Shown here piece after piece: positions 38,321-46,821 of a stretch of DNA of 64,000 bases (positions are counted from its first letter, which is position 1; each line of letters opens with the position of its first letter). The notes beneath the pieces are model-generated. The model ran no database searches and was not told where the DNA came from. It was given only the letters and a program-made list of their open reading frames with translations. The translations under genes and the position numbers were made by a program. This DNA comes from Candidatus Binataceae bacterium (GTDB taxonomy: Bacteria > Desulfobacterota > Binatia > Binatales > Binataceae): the NCBI GenBank assembly GCA_963803045.1, contig CAWDLC010000014.1, forward strand, positions 50,003 through 114,002, written 5' to 3'.

Positions 38321-41300
38321 GCATTTCCGAACCCTTCATAAGGAAGCCGGTCGCCACCACGCTGCTGACTATCGCGCTCGCGCTTGCGGGTGCGATCGCA
38401 TTCCGGCTGCTTCCGGTTTCACCGTTGCCGCAGGTCGAGTTTCCGACCATCCAGGTTCAGGCGGCGTTGCCCGGTGCGAGTCCGGAGACGATGGCTTCGT
38501 CGGTGGCGACCCCGCTCGAGCGCCAGTTCGGCCGTATCGCGGGTCTGACGGAACTGACTTCGACCAGCTATCTCGGCGCCAGCAGCATCGTTTTGCAATT
38601 CGACTTGAACCGCAATATAGACGCCGCCGCGCGCGACGTGCAGGCCGCCATCAATGCCGCGGCCGGGCAACTGCCGACGACTCTGCCGAGCAAGCCGACG
38701 TATCGGAAGGTCAATCCCGCCGATGCGCCGATCCTGATTCTCGCGCTCACTTCGGACGCCGTGCGCCCGGGAATGATGTACGACGCGGCTGATTCAATCC
38801 TTGAGCAGAAACTCTCGCAAATAGACGGCGTCGGCCAGGTCACGGTCGGCGGAAGCGCGTTACCCAGTGTCCGCGTCGAACTGAATCCAACGCAGATGAG
38901 CAACCTCGGCGTCGGTCTCGAGGACGTGCGAATGGTGCTGGCCGCCGCCAATGCGAACCGGCCCAAGGGCGAAGTGGCGGACGACAACCGAACATGGGGG
39001 CTGAGCACGACCGATCAGCTGCTCAAGGCTGAGGACTACCAGCCGCTGATCGTTCGCTACACCAATGGCTCCGCGGTCCGGCTTTTCGATATCGCATGGG
39101 TCAGGGACTCGGTCGAGAACGTTCGCGCCGCAGGGATGGTCAATGGCAAGATCGCCCTCGGCGTTATCGTTTTCCGCCAGCCGGGCGCGAACATTATCGA
39201 TACGGTCGATCGAGTCATCGCGGCGTTGCCCCAATTGCGCGCCTCGATCTCGCCCGCGATCAATCTCTCCGTAGTCATGGACCGTACAACCACCATCCGC
39301 GCCTCGGTGCGCGACGTCGAGTTCACGCTGTGCATTTCGATAGCCCTCGTGATCATGGTGGTGTTCCTGTTCCTGCGTAATTTGCGTGCCACATTAATTC
39401 CGGGAGTCGTCGTTCCGCTCTCATTGATCGGAACATTCGGCGTGATGTACCTGCTCGGATACAGCCTCGACAACCTCTCGCTGATGGCGCTTACGATTTG
39501 CACCGGCTTTGTGGTTGACGACGCGATTGTCGTTATCGAGAACATTTCCCGCTACCGCGAACAGGGAATGCCGCCGTTTGAAGCCGCGATCAAGGGCGCT
39601 GCGGGCATCGGCTTCACGGTGATGTCGATCAGCATCTCGCTGGTCGCGGTCTTCATCCCGATTTTGCTGATGGCCGGAATCGTCGGCCGGCTGTTCCGCG
39701 AGTTCGCGGTCACCTTGTCGGCCGCCGTCCTCGTTTCATTGATCATTTCGCTCACCACGACGCCGATGATGAGCGCGCAACTGCTCAGGCCACATGGCGA
39801 AGAGAAACATGGCCGCTGGTACCGTGCGAGCGAGCGTTTTTTCAAGGGGATGCTCGACCGTTACGAAAGCAGCCTGTTGTGGGTGCTGGACCATCAGCCG
39901 CTTACTCTGCTGGTCGCGCTCGGAATGCTCGGCCTGAGCATTTCTCTGTTCCTTGTCGTGCGAAAAGGATTCTTCCCGCAGCAGGATACGGGGCGCCTGG
40001 CGGGCGCGGTGCAGGCCGACCAGGACACTTCATTCCAGGCGATGCACGATCGGCTTACCCAACTGGTAGCGGTCATTTATAAAGACCCAGCCGTGGACAA
40101 CGTGCTCGCATTCACCGGTAGCAACGGCGCAACCAATACCGCGACCATGTTCATCGGCCTCAAGCCCCTAAGCGAGCGAAAGATCAGCGCCGATCTGGTT
40201 ATCGGGCGCATCCGCAAGGAGGTCTCCCACGTCCCCGGCGTCAATCTCTACCTGCAGGCCGTGCAGGATCTGCGGATCGGCGGCAGAAGCAGCAACGCGC
40301 AGTACCAGTTCACGCTGCAGAGCGACGACCTCAATGAGCTCAACCAATGGGCGCCGAAGGTGCTCAAGAAATTGCGTACCGTTCACATTCTCACCGACGT
40401 CAGCAGCGATCAGCAGAATAGCGGCCTCGAAGCCAACGTCGTCGTCGATCGTGACACTGCTTCGCGCCTGGGACTCTCGCAACAGGCGATCGACGATACG
40501 CTCTACGACGCGTTTGGGCAGCGGCAAGTGTCCACGATGTACACGCCGCTGAATCAGTATCATGTCGTGATGGAGGTCGCGCCGCAGTTCTGGCAGAACC
40601 CCGAGTCGCTTGACCAGATCCACGTGCTCTCCAGCAAGGGGCAGCTGGTCAAGCTCAGCACCTTCACGCACTTCGCGTCCGCTACGACCGCGCTTGCCGT
40701 TAATCACCAGGGTCAATTTCCGTCGGTGACGATCTCGTTCAATCTCGCGCCAGGCGTCGCTCTAGGCGATGCGGTTGACGCGATCATGCAAGCCGAGAGG
40801 CAGATTCACCTGCCCGCCGGCATTCGCGGAACATTTCAGGGAACCGCGCAGGCGTTCCAGGCCTCGCTCAAGAACGAAGGTTTCCTCATCGCTTTCGCAC
40901 TCTTCGCCGTGTACATCGTGCTCGGCATTCTCTACGAAAGTTACATCCATCCGATCACGATTCTCTCGACGCTGCCCTCGGCCGGCGTCGGCGCAATTCT
41001 CGCGCTGCTCATTTTCCACGTCGAGCTGAGCGTGATCGCGCTTATCGGGGTCATCTTGCTGATAGGCATCGTCAAGAAAAACGCAATCATGATGATCGAC
41101 TTCGCGCTCGAGGCTCAACGCGGCGAGGGCAAGTCGCCGCACGACGCGATCTATCAAGCGTGCGTGCTGCGCTTTCGCCCGATCATGATGACCACGATGG
41201 CCGCGCTGCTCGGCGGGTTGCCGCTCGCGCTGGGCGTCGGCACCGGCTCCGAGATGCGGCGCCCGCTCGGCATCGCGATCGTTGGCGGACTGCTCGTGAG

Positions 41301-41430
41301 CCAGGTCTTGACGCTCTACACGACGCCGGTGATCTATCTGTATATGGACCGGCTCAGTGCGGGATGGTCGAGATTGTGGCGGCGGATCCTCGGCCGCTCA
41401 CCTGCCGCACCGGCCGACTTGCGCGCCTGA
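38317..41430 (+). CDS. mdtC: RND multidrug efflux pump (MdtC-like)
   Basis: ATGA overlap with the upstream stop; 1037 aa beginning [17 protein letters not shown]. It is paralogous to the upstream pump along its whole length. Confidence 0.9.
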   Translation: MSISEPFIRKPVATTLLTIALALAGAIAFRLLPVSPLPQVEFPTIQVQAALPGASPETMASSVATPLERQFGRIAGLTELTSTSYLGASSIVLQFDLNRNIDAAARDVQAAINAAAGQLPTTLPSKPTYRKVNPADAPILILALTSDAVRPGMMYDAADSILEQKLSQIDGVGQVTVGGSALPSVRVELNPTQMSNLGVGLEDVRMVLAAANANRPKGEVADDNRTWGLSTTDQLLKAEDYQPLIVRYTNGSAVRLFDIAWVRDSVENVRAAGMVNGKIALGVIVFRQPGANIIDTVDRVIAALPQLRASISPAINLSVVMDRTTTIRASVRDVEFTLCISIALVIMVVFLFLRNLRATLIPGVVVPLSLIGTFGVMYLLGYSLDNLSLMALTICTGFVVDDAIVVIENISRYREQGMPPFEAAIKGAAGIGFTVMSISISLVAVFIPILLMAGIVGRLFREFAVTLSAAVLVSLIISLTTTPMMSAQLLRPHGEEKHGRWYRASERFFKGMLDRYESSLLWVLDHQPLTLLVALGMLGLSISLFLVVRKGFFPQQDTGRLAGAVQADQDTSFQAMHDRLTQLVAVIYKDPAVDNVLAFTGSNGATNTATMFIGLKPLSERKISADLVIGRIRKEVSHVPGVNLYLQAVQDLRIGGRSSNAQYQFTLQSDDLNELNQWAPKVLKKLRTVHILTDVSSDQQNSGLEANVVVDRDTASRLGLSQQAIDDTLYDAFGQRQVSTMYTPLNQYHVVMEVAPQFWQNPESLDQIHVLSSKGQLVKLSTFTHFASATTALAVNHQGQFPSVTISFNLAPGVALGDAVDAIMQAERQIHLPAGIRGTFQGTAQAFQASLKNEGFLIAFALFAVYIVLGILYESYIHPITILSTLPSAGVGAILALLIFHVELSVIALIGVILLIGIVKKNAIMMIDFALEAQRGEGKSPHDAIYQACVLRFRPIMMTTMAALLGGLPLALGVGTGSEMRRPLGIAIVGGLLVSQVLTLYTTPVIYLYMDRLSAGWSRLWRRILGRSPAAPADLRA

Positions 41431-41478
41431 TCCGGCGACCGCCAGCACCATCCGGCTATTCAAAATCGAATTGCCGGT

Positions 41479-44004
41479 TCATTTGCTGCTTAGTAATGAC
41501 GGCGGTCGCTTTGTCACCCAGTTGGTCGCCTGATCGTACGCATGCGCCAGCTGCATGCAGGCAAGCTCGGCGTGATTCGGGCCTACAATCTGAATACCCA
41601 TCGGCAATCCGCGTTCGTTGAAGCCGGCTGGTGCGCTGAGCGCCGGGCAACCCGACATCGAGATCGGAATCATCACTTCCATCCAGCGATGGTAAGTATC
41701 CATGGATGCGCCGCCGACCTCTTTCGGCCAATGGATCGTCGCGTCAAACGGGAAAACCTGACCCCCGGGCGCGATCATGAAATCATACTTCTCAAAGAAT
41801 GTGCGCACCGCTTGATACCACGCCGTGCGCACCGTGAGCGCGTCTGCGATTTCGAACGCGCCGGCCTTGAGGCCATTTTCGATCTCCCACCGCAGTTCGG
41901 GTTTCATCAGCACACGCTTGGCGGGATCGGCATAGAGCCCGTTGAGGAGCGCTCCAATCTGCCACGCTCGAATCTTGAGCCAGCTATCCCAGACCGGCTC
42001 CGGCGGATAGTCGGGTATCGCTTCTTCCACCGTGCATCCGATCGCCTCGAACACTTTGAGCGCGCCTTTGCAGAGATCGAGCACGCCTGATTCGAACGGG
42101 ATGTGTCCGCCAAAGTCTCCGACCCATCCGATACGCGTCCCTTTGAAGTCGCGCCCGAGCGGTCCCGCAAACCCAGCCGGATCCTGGCGAATCGAAAGTG
42201 GCGTGCGCGCGTCGTATCCGGCAATCACCGATAGAAACATCGCGAGATCCGGCACCGTCCGCGCCATCGGGCCGTGCACCAAAATCGACGGCATGAAGAC
42301 CTCGTTGAACAACGATGGAACCCGGCCGAACGAAGTTCGCAATCCGAACACGTTGTTGAACGCGGCGGGATTTCGGATCGACCCGCCGTTATCGCTGCCG
42401 TCTGCAACCGGCAACATCCCGAGCGCGAGCGCGACTGCCGCGCCGCCGCTGCTGCCGCCGCACGTCTTCGATTGATCGTACGCGTTGAGCGTAGTGCCAA
42501 AGACGGGATTGTAGGTTTGCGATCCCAAGCCAAACTCCGGGACGTTTGTTTTCCCAATAATGATCCCGCCCGCAAGCCTGATTCGCTCGACCAGGATCGA
42601 GTCCGCAGCCGGAACCAGATTTTTGAACAGTGGCGAGCCCATCGTGGTGCGGATGCCCCTGGTCGGCTCGAGATCCTTGATCGCATGCGGAAAGCCGTGC
42701 ATCCAGCCAAGATGGTCGCCGCGAGCCAGTTGCGCGTCTCGGGTTTTGGCCTGGTCGAGCAGATCCCGGCGAGGCAACAGCGAAACGATCGCGTTGACGC
42801 GCGGGTTCACGCGATCGACGTGATCGAGATACGCGTTCATCACCTCTACGCACGAGACCCGCTTCGACTTGATCGCGCTCGAAAGAGCGTTTGCACCAAG
42901 GCTGACAAGTTCGGGGATCTCGGCCGCCTTGTTCATGATTTCGTTGTGGAGCTCGCTGGCTTGCGCTACATTCCATCCAATTTCGGCCATCAGTCTCGCC
43001 CTGGCGCCACGCTCCGCTGCATCGGGACCGCTCGCGTTGCCAAGTTTCGCGCGCATCGCAATTCCCTGTAGGATGGCGGCGGCACGAAAAAACGAGAACG
43101 CCACAAAGAACATTAGGTCGGGGACGCTGGTCCGGCCGACGCGCCGGCAGTATGCGGCGACAAATTCCTCCTCGCTCGGAATGCCAGCCGCCTTCAGATC
43201 GATGCCTTGAAAACTCAACACGCCGTCGATGCCGGGCGGGCAATGGTAAGGACGGCAGGCCCACCCCAGGTCGCCCAGCGGATGCCCGAGCGTCGAGAGC
43301 TCCCAGTCAAGCACGGCGACCACGCGCGGCTCGACTGGATGAAAGACGATGTTCTCCATGCGATAGTCGCCGTGCGCGATCGTCGTGTCGTCAGCCGCGG
43401 GGATATGCCGCCCAAGCCATTCGATCAGGCGATCCATCTCCGCGATCTCGTCAATTTTCGAGGCTTCGTACTGCTTCGACCAGCGCGCAACCTGACGCGC
43501 GACGTACGCATCCGGCCGGCCGTAGTCGCCAAGTCCCACCGCGCGAAAGTCAACCTTGTGCAACCGCGCAAGCACATCGTTCATCGAGTCGTAGCACGCC
43601 GCGCGTTCGTGCGGGCTCGAGTCGGGCATCATCGGATCGCGCATGATACGCCCCTCGACAAAGTCCATCACAAAGAATGCGGTGCCGATGACGCCGGCGT
43701 CCTTGCACAGGATGTGCACGCCCGGGACCGGCACATCGGTTGCCGCCAGCGCCTTGATGATTCGAAATTCGCGCTCGACCTGATGAGCCGACTGGAGCAG
43801 AGTACCCGGCGGTTTCTTGCGCATGACGAAACGCGCGTCCGGAGTTGAAAGCAGGTAAGTGGGATTCGACTGCCCGCCGATGAACTGTCGAACCGCAAGC
43901 GGACCGCGAAAATTTGGCATCTGCCCGCTCAGATAGTGTTCGAGGCGGGCTTCATCGAAACGATTATTCGCGCGGACCGGTGTGACGTCATCCTCGATCG
44001 ACAT
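41479..44004 (-). CDS. fusion protein: N-terminal APH-family phosphotransferase + C-terminal amidase-signature amidase
   Basis: 841 aa. Residues about 1-345 carry HGDYRMENIVFHP and AVLDWELSTLGHPLGDLGW. Residues about 355-841 carry the amidase signature GGSSGGAAVALA...DGSDNGGSIRNPA and GKTNVPEFG. The junction reads ...GWNVAQASELHNEIMNKAAEIPELVSL.... Confidence 0.8.
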   Translation of the reverse strand: MSIEDDVTPVRANNRFDEARLEHYLSGQMPNFRGPLAVRQFIGGQSNPTYLLSTPDARFVMRKKPPGTLLQSAHQVEREFRIIKALAATDVPVPGVHILCKDAGVIGTAFFVMDFVEGRIMRDPMMPDSSPHERAACYDSMNDVLARLHKVDFRAVGLGDYGRPDAYVARQVARWSKQYEASKIDEIAEMDRLIEWLGRHIPAADDTTIAHGDYRMENIVFHPVEPRVVAVLDWELSTLGHPLGDLGWACRPYHCPPGIDGVLSFQGIDLKAAGIPSEEEFVAAYCRRVGRTSVPDLMFFVAFSFFRAAAILQGIAMRAKLGNASGPDAAERGARARLMAEIGWNVAQASELHNEIMNKAAEIPELVSLGANALSSAIKSKRVSCVEVMNAYLDHVDRVNPRVNAIVSLLPRRDLLDQAKTRDAQLARGDHLGWMHGFPHAIKDLEPTRGIRTTMGSPLFKNLVPAADSILVERIRLAGGIIIGKTNVPEFGLGSQTYNPVFGTTLNAYDQSKTCGGSSGGAAVALALGMLPVADGSDNGGSIRNPAAFNNVFGLRTSFGRVPSLFNEVFMPSILVHGPMARTVPDLAMFLSVIAGYDARTPLSIRQDPAGFAGPLGRDFKGTRIGWVGDFGGHIPFESGVLDLCKGALKVFEAIGCTVEEAIPDYPPEPVWDSWLKIRAWQIGALLNGLYADPAKRVLMKPELRWEIENGLKAGAFEIADALTVRTAWYQAVRTFFEKYDFMIAPGGQVFPFDATIHWPKEVGGASMDTYHRWMEVMIPISMSGCPALSAPAGFNERGLPMGIQIVGPNHAELACMQLAHAYDQATNWVTKRPPSLLSSK

Positions 44005-44438
44005 TATTTCGTGCTCCCGATCTGAGGTTCCAGCACGCAGCTCTGGATCTCGGTCTGTGCCGCATCAGTATCGATCGGATTGAGATGGGGAACGGCAGTC
44101 AGCCAGCCCCATCCAAGTTCTTCTCTGATGTAGTAAACACGCGGCTCGGTTTGGATTTCCACTTCGTCGGCGGTGTCAGTCTGGATGCTGCAAACGACCT
44201 GCTCCCCGGCGGGAACGATGAAAGCATGATAGCCGCCCGGACCGATCCGCGCCGTGTCCTCACCGCATGTAACCGCGGGGCGAAGCGCCGATCCCCCGTA
44301 GCTGTAAGGCCTGTACACGTAGATCACCGCGTTGCCCGGAGGTGCCGGGATTTTTTCAAACGGTTGGCCCTGGACCGCGCATCCGATTGCAAAAACGCCG
44401 ACGACGCCGGGCAAGAATACCAGAAGCCGGCGATTCAT
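44004..44438 (-). CDS. lipoprotein, DUF2846-like
   Basis: Signal peptide with lipobox AIGC. AVIYVYRP...GPGGYHAFIVPAGEQVV resembles DUF2846. Its stop overlaps the fusion gene's ATG by 1 nt. Confidence 0.5.
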   Translation of the reverse strand: MNRRLLVFLPGVVGVFAIGCAVQGQPFEKIPAPPGNAVIYVYRPYSYGGSALRPAVTCGEDTARIGPGGYHAFIVPAGEQVVCSIQTDTADEVEIQTEPRVYYIREELGWGWLTAVPHLNPIDTDAAQTEIQSCVLEPQIGSTK

Positions 44439-45031
44439 TGTCCAAGCGAAGCAGTTGGAGATTTGCCCGCGATGGCGACGGCATCCGCCAACCTGGCCTC
44501 ATCGCTATAGAGCTTTTGATCGATCCTGGCCCTGACCGCGGCGCGCGCAGCGTCGTCCACCTCCTTGTGGGTGGGATGCGAGTACAGGTTGTAGGATTTC
44601 GAAACGTGCTCCTTGGCGGTGTAGTCGCCGAGTATCCTGTCGCCGTCGCTGATCGACAAAGACGCAAACGCGGTCACGCCAATATCGCCGAGCGGAGCAC
44701 CGACCAGATTAGCCGGGTCGAGCGCGGAAACAATCAGTGGGACGTGATAGTCGTCGTGCGTCAATTCCTCGCGATAGGTGAATGTCACGGGTGAAGTGCT
44801 CGACAGGGACATCGCCACCGCGGGTGGAAGTTCAGTCGGGTCTCCGGCCACCAATCGCCCCTTGAATGGCAATGGATGCGCCGGCTCGCCGGCGACCTTG
44901 GGCGCGATTACAAGTTGCGATTGCGATTGAGACGCGCTGGCCGGTTGCGATTGTTCCGGTTGCTGAGTGCTGCATCCGAACGCGGCAGCCGCGGCAATGA
45001 AAAGCGCCGCGAGAGCAAATGTGTATCTCAT
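44435..45031 (-). CDS. hypothetical lipoprotein
   Basis: MRYTFALAALFIAAAAAFGCSTQQ (lipobox FGC), then a Ser/Gln-rich linker. ATGA overlap with the downstream gene. Confidence 0.6.
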   Translation of the reverse strand: MRYTFALAALFIAAAAAFGCSTQQPEQSQPASASQSQSQLVIAPKVAGEPAHPLPFKGRLVAGDPTELPPAVAMSLSSTSPVTFTYREELTHDDYHVPLIVSALDPANLVGAPLGDIGVTAFASLSISDGDRILGDYTAKEHVSKSYNLYSHPTHKEVDDAARAAVRARIDQKLYSDEARLADAVAIAGKSPTASLGQ

Positions 45032-45156
45032 GACATGTCGGCGTCGCGAGCCGGATACTCGGGATTGACTGATTCAATTCCTTGCGACGCCACGTAGCCA
45101 TAGTATCAGAAAATTCCGCCCTCCTTTACGACGCCGGTGTAGCGGGCTCATGCTCC

Positions 45157-45252
45157 TGGCGGAGGGGGGAGGGAGTCGAACCCTCCGGCGACAGTATTAG
45201 CCGCCAAGCCGGTTTTGAAGACCGGTAAGGCCACCGGGCCTTTTCCTCCTCC
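45157..45252 (-). tRNA. selC: tRNA-Sec (anticodon UCA)
   Basis: 96 nt on the minus strand, parsed as: GGAGGAGG-AA-AAGGCC-CGGT-GGCCUU-A-CCGGU-CUUCAAA-ACCGG-C-UUGGCGGCUAAUACUGUCGCCG-GAGGG-UUCGACU-CCCUC-CCCCCUCC-G-CCA. This gives an 8-bp acceptor (one A6-C67 mismatch) plus a 5-bp T stem, a 6-bp D stem with the 4-nt loop CGGU, anticodon loop CU-UCA-AA and a long variable arm. These are the bacterial tRNA-Sec hallmarks, and the D loop and anticodon loop match E. coli selC. Confidence 0.9.
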
Positions 45253-45261
45253 AGCCCTTAT

Positions 45262-45290
45262 TTATTAGGCACTTACGGCGATTCGCACAA
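45262..45290 (-). promoter_or_regulatory. candidate sigma70-type promoter for selC
   Basis: On the minus strand: TTGTGC (45290-45285), a 17-nt spacer, TAATAA (45267-45262), then 9 nt to the tRNA 5' end. Confidence 0.3.
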
Positions 45291-45690
45291 CCCGCAGATC
45301 GGCCAGAGTGCCCACAAACTGCCCACAATTTCTGGATTCGGTTTCCGTGCGGCCAGTGCAAGCGACGATACGAGGACTTTCGAGGCCGCGTCGCAGGGCA
45401 GCCAGCCGCTCGATGACGCGATTGGGAACTCACGAACTGTCGGACTACGAGTAAACGACGACCTGGAGCGGCGCGCGACGCCGCTTAAGGCTTCTCAGCG
45501 AGTGCGCTTTGCGCCGCCGCCGGAGGGCGCGGCGATGGCATCACCCGACGGGCCGCCGCCGGTTCCGTTGCTGCTGGTCTGGCCGACTTCCGACAGCGAG
45601 CGCATAATTTGCGCATCGTAAAACTGGCCACCGCCGGTAAGATACAGCGGTATCGAAGGGTTGGTACACTCGTGCGCGATCTGGTCGATT

Positions 45691-45906
45691 TCACGGACCC
45701 TTTTCGCGAGACAGCGCCCTTCTTAACCTGATCTGTTGAAAGATCGCCAGCAGGACGACCGGAGCTAATACTACGGCGGTCATGATTGCTCCGACTTTGA
45801 GCGAAACTATTCGGCCCACCAACAGGTATGCGAACGCAGGAGTAAAGACCGCCATCAACGCAAGCCTGAAAATCATGCCGAGAACGGTCGCAGGTTTTTT
45901 TGCCAT
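45691..45906 (-). CDS. small membrane protein (2 TM), possibly the 5' part of a longer frameshifted gene reaching 45495
   Basis: MAKKPATVLGMIFRLALMAVFTPAFAYLLVGRIVSLKVGAIMTAVVLAPVVLLAIFQQIRLRRALSREKGP. A protein-like, start-less frame (EIDQIAHECTNPSIPLYLTGGGQFYDAQIMRSLSEVGQ...KRTR*, stop 45495-45497) continues in the +1-shifted frame. Confidence 0.5.
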   Translation of the reverse strand: MAKKPATVLGMIFRLALMAVFTPAFAYLLVGRIVSLKVGAIMTAVVLAPVVLLAIFQQIRLRRALSREKGP

Positions 45907-45918
45907 ACGGAAACTCGA

Positions 45919-46299
45919 TCAGTCCATTTGAAGCCGGTTCAGCGCAAACAGTAATCTGCCATACCGTAGAAACTGGACGGTCATGAAGGCGTTCAAAAAG
46001 AAAACCAGTAGCACCAGCAAGGGCTGACTGAGCCACAGCATAGCCTTGATGGTCACAATCTCCGCAAGACTAGCCGCAATGACCGAGTAAAAGAGCCTTC
46101 GTTCTGCCGCGCATTTGGCCGAGAAGGCGGATACGGCGCCGCAGAGGCCGAGCAGGATTGGCATTGCTACGCTTCGCAGGATCGTGAAGGGGAACGGGCT
46201 CCTCAATCCCCAATATTGTACCCGATACGCGAGCGCGAACTGCAGCGCGAATACCAGCAAACCCAGCGCAATATAAATTCCCGTCCTTAGTGATCGCAT
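45919..46299 (-). CDS. small membrane protein (about 4 TM), orphan
   Basis: 126 aa with four hydrophobic segments, lower GC than the surroundings, and no family I recognise. Confidence 0.55.
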   Translation of the reverse strand: MRSLRTGIYIALGLLVFALQFALAYRVQYWGLRSPFPFTILRSVAMPILLGLCGAVSAFSAKCAAERRLFYSVIAASLAEIVTIKAMLWLSQPLLVLLVFFLNAFMTVQFLRYGRLLFALNRLQMD

Positions 46300-46323
46300 A
46301 ATGCCAAATGTCCCGCCTTCGTG

Positions 46324-46533
46324 TTACCGCTTTGGCTGTAGCGGAGGAGTCGGCGCCTGCGGCGTTAGGGCGCCTGGAGGAAGATCTTCACCGAAACCAG
46401 GGAACTTCCCGCCATGAGCCTGCGAGTAGCAGCCGCCTAAACCGGCGAGTTCAGTTCCGCATGTGCCGAATGCAAGCGCGCACGCCGGCAGCCCGCCCCC
46501 GAGGCAAAGAGAGCCATAGACCCCGCAACCCAC
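46324..46533 (-). other. Cys/Gly-rich open frame (candidate small peptide/protein; start unresolved)
   Basis: Counting from GTG 46533: VGCGVYGSLCLGGGLPACALAFGTCGTELAGLGGCYSQAHGGKFPGFGEDLPPGALTPQAPTPPLQPKR*. The frame stays open upstream to beyond 46821 (...PLYDWILGVSLDLIPSEGSPFQLIQSIERPPPPEFHAAPSGSLSFPLCEGLFLSLTAPAVV...) but has no ATG and no clear SD. It lies 24 nt upstream of the 4-TM ORF and is divergent from the radical SAM gene. Confidence 0.25.
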
Positions 46534-46821
46534 GACCGCGGGCGCAGTTAAGCTAAGAAACAGCCCTTCGCAGAGGGGGAAACTTAGCGACCCGGACGGT
46601 GCAGCGTGGAACTCCGGCGGAGGAGGCCGCTCAATGCTTTGGATGAGCTGAAACGGGGACCCTTCACTCGGAATCAGATCGAGGGAGACACCCAAGATCC
46701 AGTCATACAGCGGGTGGCGTTTGTGGAGCAATCTGGCGCGGGATCGGAGGGCTGCTGCCGCCGCCACCGAGGCGGGTGGAGGATTCGCGCACGCCGCGAG
46801 AGCCGTGGTAAGCTTAAAATT

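Noticed and set aside
45197-45433. 78-aa ORF overlapping the tRNA-Sec gene.
   Set aside because: It overlaps a structurally unambiguous tRNA and has an Arg/Cys/Gly-rich, non-protein-like sequence.
45485-46036. 183-aa ORF spanning the two small membrane ORFs in a different frame.
   Set aside because: Its composition is Arg/Ser/Ala-rich. The alternative frames give clean TM-helix proteins with ATG starts.
46634-46651. Mini-ORF ATG-CTT-TGG-ATG-AGC-TGA with a strong GGAGGAGG SD 9 nt upstream, considered as a second UGA-Sec gene or a leader peptide.
   Set aside because: Read-through of the TGA gives an Arg/Ala-rich frame with no recognisable family, and no hairpin follows the TGA. It may still be a 5-codon leader ORF, but I cannot support that.
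45032-46800. A genomic island integrated at selC (selC is a classic integration hotspot).
   Set aside because: I saw no integrase or recombinase gene and no direct repeat of the tRNA 3' end. The low-GC DNA lies on the 5' (promoter) side of the tRNA rather than the 3' side, where attachment sites normally are. Foreign origin of the islet remains possible but is unproven.
46606-46821. 72-codon GTG-initiated N-terminal extension of the radical SAM ORF.
   Set aside because: The extension ends in an Arg-rich stretch (CCRRHRGGWRIRARRESRG). The ATG at 46822 places the CxxxCxxC motif at a normal distance (about 30 aa) from the N-terminus. I cannot fully exclude it without homolog comparison.
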